Assembly (NCBI GenBank): GCA_043798215.1
Contig: JAZDOX010000038.1
Location: forward strand, 5,659 to 69,658
Length of the DNA: 64,000 bases
Direction: 5' to 3'
Source: Candidatus Omnitrophota bacterium
GTDB taxonomy: Bacteria > Omnitrophota > Gorgyraeia > Pluralincolimonadales > Pluralincolimonadaceae
Shown here: piece by piece, positions 42,001-54,000 of the stretch
How the letters are laid out: every line of letters starts with the position of its first letter
Position numbering within the stretch: the stretch's first letter is position 1
The notes under the pieces: model-generated
Databases searched by the model: none
What the model saw: the letters and a program-made list of their open reading frames with translations, nothing else
What the model was told of the DNA's origin: nothing
Position numbers and translations under genes: made by a program

Positions 42001-45000
42001 GCCGAGAGCGTCTATGATGTATGCGGTAAAAGACGTGGTTCTGCTATCGAGCATCGCGCATTCATTCCCAAGATCAACCGAACCTATTATCTCCCTGGCA
42101 ACGCGTCCTTTCTCCGCGCCGGCAATATAATAAATCTTGACCGTACTTTCGCCTGTAGATGGATTCGCGACCATCTCATAAAGAAGCGTGTTTCCGCAAT
42201 AAAAAGCCCCTCCGAATTTCTCCTGTTGAGGGTAGGGCATAACTGCAGGTGGCACATTTACTATAGAAAAGGGGTCGCCATAAATAACAGCTTCAGAAAC
42301 CACCGTGTCTTCGAAAATATAATGATATTGATGAATATTTCCGTTATCCGCTTCCGTCATCGAATATAGATTGCCCCATTCGTCATATTTAGAGATTGTC
42401 TGTTTACCGGTATCTTTATTCTTTTCTCGGATCTCGGATAGGTATCCATATGTCGCGTCATAAACGTAAAGATACTCAAAAAGTTCCTTCGTTGCCGTTA
42501 AACGGCCGTGTTCGTCTATCTCGCCCTGAACTATCTTTATTACCCTATTTTTATCAATACCCTCCGTGGCGTAAATTTGTATTTTATTGTCTTCGCTGTT
42601 GGAGGCATATAATAAATTATTATTTACGTCATAGTGGTAATAGGAAATTCTGCCGTCTTGCTTGGTAAAGGTAAGCTCGTAAATTCCGGTATCCGGCGAG
42701 AAGCTCTCGATTACAACGCCGTTTTGAGCGTTAAAGGCCTCTAAATCGGCCTGTGTCCTGCCGGCGGCAAGCTTAACAAGTATGCGGCCTCTGGAAACAT
42801 CCTCCGGTTGGGCGGAATCTATATTCGCGCCTGCTATAAGATTATTATTGTCCAGATATTTATGATACATAGTCTCAAGAGCGGGTGATTCGATAATCTT
42901 TTCGACTAGAGATTCTGTTTGATAGCTAACCTCGCCTTTAGCGTTCACATAAGCAATTGTGCGCGCCATATCGGAATAGACTGTCTTCTGTATCTTGCCA
43001 TAGGGATCTTTTACTATTACCGCTTCTATATTGCCTTCGCTGTCGGTCTCGTAGGTATACTCGGTTACCGCATCTGGATAAACCCTGCTTGCCTCAAAAA
43101 TTATTCTCTCAATTTCCTCGCCTTGGCAGTAAAACTTGGCGTAATATTCGATCGTGTTTTCTTTTATCGCTTTTTTAGATACGGCAAAACCGCGGTAATC
43201 CGCGCAATCGTATTCATATTCAATTTGATTTATAAGCTTATCTCCGCAATATTGCGAAAATAAGACGTCTCTTTGTTGATCATCGTACTCATAGACCTTG
43301 GTATAGTCGCATCCCGTCTCTGTCTTCTTCTCAAGCTTCTTACTGGTCTCGTTAAATTGATAGGTAAATTGGATCTTGTTTTCCGTGTGCATCTTGTCGG
43401 TCATACCTATTAAAAAGCCGTCTTTGTTGTATTCCATAAATTTGTCGGGATATTCAACGGTTGTAATTGCGCCCAGCAAAGGATCGTCCCTATAGGTAAA
43501 GAAATACCTGACTCCGAGAGAATCCGTAACAACCGATATCCTTCCAAACTCATCATAGCCGAAAGCGATATCTCCGGAAGGAAGAACAACTCTCTTTATG
43601 TCAGCGGACTTGGCGCTGTAATCTATGATTGCGCCATCCTGGCAAACCTGTTTAACTATTGTCCCATCAGGAACAATATAGACAACACTGCCAGAAGTAA
43701 ATGGCGAGTTGTATTCCGGAACGTCAAATCGCCATGCGGCGCTCGAAGAGGCGGACTCTAAATCAAGTTTTATGATATCGCCTTTCTTCGCCGTTATTAT
43801 CTGATTATTATTTGCTGTTGTTATGGTAATAGTCTTTGCCTCATAATCTTCTTCGGCATCTTCTACGTTTATCTGCGTCGTAAATGAGGCAGTCTTTATC
43901 CCGCTCGTCTCTTCTATAAGATCAAGCATTATCTGGCCTTTATTCTCGGCTTTAAGGATAAAATTGCTTACAGCCGAGGGAGTTGTAACACAACTCGAGG
44001 ACTCGACCCTAACCGGCGCTTCGTTATAAAAGTTCCATTTGTATTTTCTGAGGTTTTCAGCTTTATCGAGCAATTTATCAAGCAGCTTTACCTTAAGGAT
44101 ATCGCCTCTATGCAACTGGATTACTTTGCCGTTATCGGCATCGGTTACCGTTACTGTCGTCGGCGCGGCGGCTTCTTTCAAAACAACCACGCTTACAGCG
44201 AATATGTCCTTAACCGGCAGATAGGCGGTGTCATCTGTTGAGTAGTTCAAGTCAATATTCGAAGTGCCCCAGTTATTGGCCTTAAAAATCCATTCCATCA
44301 TATTCTCATCCGGAAATGACTGGGCGCCCTGAGGAGTTAATATACTGTAATCCACTCCCGGAAAAGCGCTTGGTGAATACAAAGTTATTTTGGCGGGAGC
44401 ATTAGCGTCATAGTCGGTTAATCGGTAATATTCGGTTATATCCTCCTCATTTATACTCCTCTGCCAAACACAATTCTTGGTTACATTCACGATAAAGAAA
44501 TCACGGCCATTGAGAACGCAGTTTGTCGCGTCATCAACTCCAGCATAAGATATCCATTGCGCGCCGTTCCATTTCGATATCGAAGTAGCTGTGCCGTTTC
44601 CATTCTGCTTATTTATCTCATCTATGATTATTTTGGCTGTGGAAATTGTATTTACCGGCAAAGTGACATAGTTGCCGCCGGTTGTCAAACTTATGTCCGC
44701 AGCAAGCAAGGCGCTTGTTGCGAGGGCGTCTTTCGAGATGGAAAGGCACAGGGAACTTGCCCTGTCAGTTGTTATCGTCAGCTTCTCGCCGGCTGTTATG
44801 CTATAGCTGCCTGCAAGACTAGTTCCGGAAGCATTACCGACACTTAAAATTTTCCCGCCCTGGTCAGCGGCCAAATCAATTAACTGTTGAACGGTCAATC
44901 CTGAAATAACGGGCGGCATTACTGTCTTGCTTATCCCTTCGGATAAATCGAGCACGGCGAAAGCCCCGTAGCCTTCATATGTCTTTAACTCGCCCATGCC

Positions 45001-48000
45001 ATCCGAATAAAGTATTACCCTGCCTGTAGCGTCATAGAGCTCCTCGCTTCCATTCTCGAACTCAATGGCTCTTAAGGTATCCGAGGCGTCGAAATGGCGT
45101 TCGTAGGAGAGCATCTTTGAGCCGTCGGTATTGGTAAGTTCATCCGAAAGCGCCATTCCAAACCTCAATGCCTTAAGGCGTTCGTATCTATCTACTATCG
45201 CGTAAGGCGAGTTATTATCAAAGAGAATCTTCCCTTGTATGTTGTCATTTGTCTCAATCAGAAAACCATTCGAATCGAATTCATAACTGGTCTTTATCTT
45301 CGGGAAGAGATCGATATTGGGATTTATATAGTATAATCCACCGCTGCAGTTATAAAAGAAATCCCTGTTGAGCGCGCTTAGAATTATCCGATAGCCATCC
45401 ACGGGAATATCAGAGGTCTTGTTCGTATAACCTTCCAGCGAATTATCGTCAAAATACACTCTCTGTATGCCGTTTGAAGCCAAAATAATATCTTCGTTTC
45501 TGCACCCGAGGCGCGTCTTAAGGTCGTTCTTGGCGTTATTAAACAAACTAAACGTAGCTTGTATAAGAACCGAGTCTTTTACGTAAACACCCGTTGTGTC
45601 AGTGTGATACTCCACTATTCCATACGAAGGATATGTCATCTTTATGATATAGCCTGTAACAGCCGCATCTCCGGGCGCAATATCTCTGTATCCATCGAGA
45701 GTTGCGTCTGTAAACCGCGTTTTAACGCAGGATAGTATTTCGATATCGGCTATAGCCGCGCCTGTCAGGGTAATAAAATTTTGACGCGCCTGCCGCGCTA
45801 TAAGATAACCATCTTTATCGGTTTGATTAAGAGTAAGTTGGTGGGTCATTGTATCCGTAAGATAGCGAAAGACCATATGATCCGCTTTCAAATCTACAAT
45901 AATGCCGTTGTTATCTTTATCTACTCCGGCAAGCTGGATATCGTTGGCGGTTATGGCAGTTGCGTAAACAGTTGCGAATGTCGAGATTAATTTTGTTCGC
46001 GCATCGGCAATTGAGGTTAAGTTGATCTCTGGGTCAAGAAAATAACTGGCTGCGTTGCTGTGATAGGTATAGGTCGCGCCGTTTACCGAAAACTCAATAA
46101 CATAGCCATTTGTAGGAGAAGGTGCAGTGCTCCCGCCTGCGTTATAACCATCAAGAGTGGCGTTGCCGAAGGTCTTGGCCAATAGCGAACTTGAGTATAG
46201 CTTAATATCGCTTTCGGCGGAACATTTTACGATACCAAATAAGCTTGTTCTGGCGCTTTTTATTAGACTATACGCGGAAGAAAAGACAGGATTCATTTTT
46301 ACTATAGTGATATCGGCTTGTGTTTGCGAGTCTTTTTGCGGGAAGATATGATATTCACATTCTATGCCGCCAGACTCAAGCATAACTTTATAGCCTTTAT
46401 AAGAGGCGGCCACAACAGGACTCGCGAGATATCCGCCAAGAGTGCCGTCTTCAAACAGAACCTCGGTTATGTTTTTGACTGTTATATTTGTAGCTCCCAA
46501 GCCCGTCCATTCATTGCGGGCAGTCTGGATATAGGCCAGGGTTTGCTTCATCTCGGGATCGAGGTCAAAAACGCCTGTTTTAGCGTTGGTATGGTACTCA
46601 TATGAGGTTTCACCGTAAGCAAGCACAATATCCAAACCCACCGTTATGGTATTCTGGGTTTTTGTGCGGTAGCCTCCAAGCGAATCATCCGCCCAGAACT
46701 CATAATCGGCTCTTATAAGTTGTATCTTATCGGTTGTTATATTAAGGCGGGCAGCCAAATCCGCCCTTAAGGCGTTTACAACGTTTTTGGTGTCATATTT
46801 CATCTCGAGGGTTGTGGATATGAGATTATTAAGGGCGTCTCTTTCTTCGGTCTTTGTTATCGTCTCGTTGGTTATGGCGGTGGGAATAGTTACGGAGCCG
46901 CCGTTTAGGTTGACTTGCCTTCCACCTTGATCGGTTATGCTTAAAAGCTTTCCGGTCTGGTTATCGAATTTATAGAGTACTCCGTTTGAGACTAATTCGA
47001 CGGTCGTTATCACCTCACAACCCTTTGACTGGTCGTAGACTTTAGTATAAGTTATCCTCTCAGTCTTTCCGTCGGAGTAGAACTTGCCTGTCAGAAGGCC
47101 GTCTCTTAAACTCATAGTAACGCCACGATCATCCTGGATGATTTTATCCCTTCCATTCTGCGATTCGATTCCCGAGACTATCGCTGATGGCTTATAGAAA
47201 GTGGTTGTCTCTTTTCTAACTATCTCGCCCTCGCTTACAAGCTCACTCTTTGTCTCTATAATACCGCCATCATCGCTAATAGCGTATTCAAGCCAGCCTA
47301 TAACATCGCCGCTACTATTGTAATTTACTTTCCTTACGCTTAGTGGATCCGCCTCGGCTGCCTTCCACTCGCTGTCCACCTTAACAGCAACGCGTTTGTT
47401 CGTCATAATATCGCCGTGAGCCTGTATCGTTGAGATTGCCGGATCCGAAGGATATATCACAAAACCGTCATCTTCGGCTATTCTTACATTATCAACATAA
47501 ATCTGGCCGCTTGCCGTAGCTCCGTTAACAACAAGGGCAATCCCTCGCACATCGTCTAAGTCGGCTACCGGTATCGAGAAGCTGTCCGTCGTGCCGGCTT
47601 TTCTCCATCCAGGAGAACTGACGTCAAAGACTATTGTGTTGGCGCCGGAATTTAAAACCTGGGCCTCGCATTCATACCATACTTGGCCCTCTCCGGTTGA
47701 AAGGGCGACATTTACCGTCTTTTGCGCGCCGGGATTGTATATGTCGAACTTGAACCTTGCCATATTGACAGCGCCTTCTTCGGGAAGGGATTCCGTTGTT
47801 ACAGACCACATCTCTTCTATGCCTTCAAGCTTGAAGACAGCTTTATCGTATCCGCCCACAAAAGTAAGCTCTAAAGAATTTAACCCTTCGGTAACATAAC
47901 TTGTGGAAATGTCTATCTCTCTGGCGCCGGTTGTGGTATCGGCCGCCCAACTGGACTCTAAGCTATGAATAGGGCTCTCGCAATCATCGAATAAGACATC

Positions 48001-51000
48001 TCTCATACCTTCGTAGCCTAAGTTCCAGAAGCAGGAACCGTTTACCCCTGTATTCTGCATCTCGGCATAGTATTCCTGGAACCTGGTTACTCTGTCCAGC
48101 TCGTCGTACTGGGGATAACGGTATTGCTTTATCTCGCCGAAGCCGCCCCAGTATATGTATCCCACGGTATGAATTCCGTATTCCTCCATAATGACGGGCT
48201 TTCCTATCTTGTTATGGGCGTCCTCCAAATGCTGCCTTATCCATTTTAAATGCCTTTCAGAGTCATCTTCGGTGGGGAATGAGTTAAACTCCGACTTGTC
48301 TATATATGTCCTGAAAGTGCAAAAGTCTATGCTGGGGCAGCCATCTCTCCATTCGCTCATAACAGGGCTATTGGCGCCTTCCTGCCAGCTTACAAGGGTA
48401 TCGGTAGATTTGTTGTCGCTTATGAAGTCTATTCCGCTGGAGCCGTTTGTGACACCGTAAATCCAGTGGTTGTAGGGAAAATCCTGCCATTCGAACTCTT
48501 CGGCTTCCTCTATGGGCATAATGTAGTTACCTTCCTCGCCACATCCTATCATATGGTTGGGGTCTATGGCATCTACGTAATTGGACATCTCCACTATCCA
48601 GTTATGGACCCAGCCGCCTGAGACATCGCTCTTGCAGCGGGGTTCGTTGAAGACCTCCCATGCAAGTATCGTGGGGTCGTCTTTATATCTTATGCCGGTT
48701 ATGGAGTTTGTCCTATTTAACAGGTAGGTCACGTAATCCTTATACCACTGCTTGCACCAATCATTGACGTAGAACTGGTCGTGGAAGGGGTCGTTCTGGC
48801 CTATCGGGTCTACTTCGTTTCCATATTTATCAAAATCGGGCAGGCTCTCGGGATGTTCTTCGTAAGCCCATCTCATATACTGGTACATACCGCCGTAATG
48901 ACCCCAGTTGTCTACCAGTGGGAGTATGAGACGTATGCCTAATTTACCGGCAGTAGCTATCATCCTGTCTAAATGCTGGAAGGCGCTTTCGTTCCAGACG
49001 CCTCTTTCGGGTTGGTAGCTTGAAGGTTCTCCTTCTCCAAATGCCCATGTCCGGACTACAGTGCAGCCCATATTCTTTGCGGAGGTCAAGACGTTCTCTA
49101 TGACATCGTCTGACTTCTCGAAGAGATACTCGGAGTTGGCGCCCGCAAAGAAGAAGCTTTCTCCGTTTAAGACAAAGTTGGTGCCGGAGGCCTCTACTAT
49201 GCCGTAGTTTTCCTGCGTATAGGCAGAGGACAGCTCTTCTCCTCCTATGGCAACGTTATCTATGTATATGGTCCCTTTATAATCGGTGTTCGCCCAGAAC
49301 TGTATGCCTACCTTTATTATGGATTTAAGCTCTTTATCGGTCATAATCCTGGTTCCTTCATAGTCGGCAAGGTCGGCTAAATCGAATTCCAGGGTATTGG
49401 CATTAAGTCCGCCTACTAACTGGCAGTTGCTGTGGAACCATATGTAGTCTTTTGTGACATCATCATAGCTGGCTACCCAGATGGTTGCGGCAAAATCTGC
49501 CGTTCCTGATTCGGGGGAGCTGAACTTAACATCGGCTGTTATCTTCTTATGATCTTTATTGCTTAAGTTTATGGGAGGGGTATACATAATTCCGGTAAAA
49601 CCTTTTTTGTCCTTGTCAAGGCCTGTGTCCACATCGAAGTCGGTATCCATAGCAAGTGAGTTGTCTTTCCAGTAGACAGAGTCGAAGGCATCCGCGCCCC
49701 AACCGCTGTCTGTGTCCCAGCAGGGAATCTCATTTACACAGTTGGAGTTGCTAAAATCGTAAAGATAGCTTTGCGGAACAAATTCTCCGGCGGTGGATTC
49801 ATAGGAGTATTCGTAGGCGAAACCATCTCCTAAGGCCTCTTCTTTTATAAGGCGGTTCTGGATATCGTAGCTTCTCTTCCTTATAACGTAAGAGCCGTCG
49901 CCGCTTAAAGATTTATCCAGACTCGAGAACTTCCAGCTCACATTACCTTCAGGCTTGTTATCGTAGTATTTCCAGATAGATGGATAGGTGCCGGCTTTTG
50001 GATCGTAGGTGGCTGCTCCAACCAAAGCGCCGTTATGGCCATTTCCGGAGAGGTCAAGGGCTGTCTTGGTGGCGTAATCGTGATATAGCACAAGACCGCC
50101 TAAGGCGATAGATCCTTCCTTGCCGGCCTTAATCTCATCACTCTCAAGCGCCCTGTCATAGACCCTGAGAGAAGATACGGAACCGTTTAAATTCCTGGCG
50201 ATCTGTAAATTGGCGCTATTAAGTTTAAGTTTAATACCCGTTTTACCTGGAACAGTACTGCTTAGAGGCGCGTTGTTATTTAAATAAAAAGTTAGATTTG
50301 CAGTAGCGGTATCATAAGTAAAAGCTATGTAATTCCAGCTGCCGGCGGTAATCGCAAAATTATACGCTACGGTAGAATTATCGGCAAATGCCAAGCATAC
50401 GGTTATGGTATTGCTGGCTATCTGCTTCAACCCGTATGAGTTAAAATCGTAATCTCGCGTCAGCAAATAAGTCGAATTATTTAAGCTATTGAATTTAACC
50501 CAGGCCTCAACAGTTACTTCGTTCTCTATGTTCGGACTGGGGACGGAGCAGCTGATATAAGAGTCGTTTCCGGTCAAATTAAGACCTGATTTGGCGCTGC
50601 CAAGATAATCCACGCTCTTTATTTTACCATCAGGATAATATGAAGTTTGCTCAAGGATATTGTTTAAGGAATCCTTTTTAACGGAATCTACGAGGACATT
50701 ATCTACCACATTGTATTCATAGGTAAATTTATTGCCTGCCGCATCCACATAATCCACAAGCCGGCTTCCCCCGCCTATTACGGCAAACTCGCTGAAATGC
50801 CTGCGGCCGATAAAAGTCCACTCTTCGTTATAATCGAACTGCCAATTTTCACCGGTATTCTCGTTGGAGCAAAGAGTCGTTTTATAGATAACCGTCCCTG
50901 TCTGCTGAAGTTTCTTGTCGACAAATTTGTACTTAACCGCGCTTGGATAGGCCGCTATGGCATAATAGCATCCGTCATTTGAATTATAATCGAATTCCGA

Positions 51001-54000
51001 ACTTAGTATGCTTACGTTAAATTTATCGGCGGAAGCAACAATTCCCAGATTTACCATATCATCGCGAATAGCCTGCTTGAAGGCAAAATCATCGCTATTG
51101 TGATAAACGGCATCCGTCTCGGCAAGCCTCATCTCTTTGGCAAGTTCATTATCGTATTTGTCGTACCATAAGTAATACTTACAGGAAGCATCGGAAGCTT
51201 TCTTTATCGTCAGCTTCATCCAGTGATTGACGGCAGCATCTTCAGCGACACTTTCTATGATGGTATTTACCGCATTCTCTTTGAGGCCGCGGAATAAATC
51301 CACCGAAGCCATAAGAGCGTAATCTATATGAGCCGAATTAAAAACGCTACACCCGCTTACGGTAAAAACAACATCTTTGTATTTACCTTGAAAGGTCACT
51401 GTCCCACCCTGCTTTATGTACTCTATCTGACTTGTTTGGCCATCCAAGTCATAATAATATGAAAGGTATTGATGTTTTTCTGCGGGGCCATTATCGAATC
51501 CTAAACCGGTCTCGGCGCCGTAGGTATATTTATCGACGCTCTTTTGTTTGCCATCCAAATAATATTTGTAGTCTGTTATTATCTTCTTGCTGTAGGGTTG
51601 CGGCGCGCCTGTCGGAGAGAGGTATTGTTTCTCGGTTATATTAGATACGTTTCCCGATGCCTCATAAGCGTAAGAGGCTATCCATAACTCTAGATTATTA
51701 CCAGCGGCATCCTTGACGTATTTAGTATACCCACTCAAGCAGCTGCCGCCGGATTTGTATTCGGCTATAAAATAGTAGATATAGGACTCTGATCCGGAGG
51801 CTGTCTTATATATATTAACTATATCTTCATTTTTATACCTGCTGAAGTCATAGTTTGTGGTCACGGTCTTGATCGCCTGATGAGAAGAATTCTTATCTAT
51901 AACAACGCTCAAGTATAAATAACCTACGCCGTAAGAGGCGCTTATCTGCTTATAATTACCGGCTGCGTCAGCAGGAGTATTCCAGCTGCATACCAAAGTA
52001 TCTCCTGTCTCGGTATAATTCAGAGTATATTGCACATTATTATATTTATAGACAGCCGAATAGCCCGCCGAAGAGATGGCCGCCGACACGAAAGCAACGG
52101 AAGCCGGCAGTTCGTCTTCAAGTAAAAGTTCAAAAAAACTTCTGAGATCTTCTTTCCCCTCAAAACATATCGAATCGTCTCCTACGGTCTTATTCTCATA
52201 GAGCCAATAGACTTTATCTACGTCGGTCTTTACTCCAACAACATCTATAGACGCATAATTAGCGATCTTTTTGGAGGGAATCCAGCTGCATCCCGAAGAA
52301 CAGACTATACAATAAGCTTGCATCCAGTCAATTATCGACGTATCGGCCAATGCCGTTCCTAAGGTATTCTTTATCTGCGTGCAGTTTCCTCCCGCGGCAA
52401 CAATCTCGGCCTTGACTTCGGCAACGGTGTAATCACAGCCGTAGACAAAGGTAACAAGGTTATCTCCGGCTATAAGGCTTACAGCTGTCTTCTCCTGGGA
52501 CTTGGCAAGATTGCCTTTGCTTAAATAGCAGAGGCTGGCTTCTCCTATATTCACCACTACATAGGCCTCTCCAGCCTTAAGCTCAGTCACAGCGGGATCT
52601 TTTAGAGAAACATTGACACCCTGGTCATTAAGCTCTTGAATGAATTCGGACGCGGTATAGGTGTGGTTCTCTATCCAGGGCATAATTATGGCGCTTTCGC
52701 CCTGGGCTATGTAGACGCTCCTGTTCCAGTCGACAATTGTTTCGGATTTTTTAACGCCGTCTTCATAATAGTCGCTTATGGTAACCTGACCTAAGTCATT
52801 TACGGACTCTATAACGCGGCCTCCTGAATCGAGGATATTCGGATAAAGGCCGCTTGCCTTTATAGCTTTAAGCTCTCTATCGGTTAAAGGCGTTATCGAT
52901 TTGTCTATAATGTCTTCTGTTCTTACAAGGGCGGCCTTGTCCCACTGATTAATAAATATATCCTTTTTAGCGGATATGGTATTGCCGTTTATGTCTATAT
53001 AAGAAACGGCATCTTTATTTACATCCGTTAAAACTATATAATGGCCGCCTGCCAAATGGCAGATAACAGGCAAAAAGCCCTCTTCTTTACTATAAGCGTA
53101 TATATCCAGAAGATCCTCATAATCAAGGAGGGCGCCGATAAGATGGACATCATATCCTTTTGCAGCTTCCTTAATAGCGTACATAGAAGTCTGGAGTTTA
53201 CCCGATGTCTCGTCGTTTATTACACCGTTTAAGATGTCTATTAAAAGCGTCTCTTCGGCAAGCTTATCTTCTTTTACTCCTGTAAGTAAGCTAATGGCTC
53301 TTGAGGCGCAGTTGATTACATTATCTATCTGGGTATTGAGCCATTCCGATATCTTTAAGAAGGCCTCTTTTGTGAAATTAGAGACAGACTCTACTATGGA
53401 TAGGACGTTTTCTATTATGGATTTTCCTGAAGACTGCGCGGGAGCCGGCTCAATAGAAGCTTTTTCTTCTTGTGTTATTTCAGAAGCCTGGTCGTAAAGG
53501 GCCTCTTTCGAAACCGCGGACGGCTCCTCCGCTTCCGGCTCAACAACAACCGGAATCCCTGTTATAACGGCTTCTTCCGGTTCAACCGCCGCGGGAAGAG
53601 GTTCTTCGGAATCTATAATATTTAAAGGTTCTTGCAAGGACGCCGGCGCGGCAGGGCTTTCCTCGTAGTCGTCGGATAATATCTCCGGCGGCTGTTCTTC
53701 CTGCGCTTGTTTATCAGGGGCTTCGGTAAAGACCGACTCTATCACCTCATCGGATTCTATCGAATGGGGCTTATCCTGTGGTTTCTTGCCGCCTCCAAGC
53801 AGGACCTTTAATGGCGAGGTCAGTATATCCACAGCGCCTGTTACTATATCTTCCGAGAGATTTAGGCCTTTAGGAATTAAGCCAATCATATCTTTGGTCA
53901 AGTTAAAGGAGAATTCCCCTGTCTTGATTAAAGCGTCTGTTCCAATCTCAACTGGCTTGAATATATTAAAACCTTCCTTATCTTCGGAAGGAGCCGCGGA

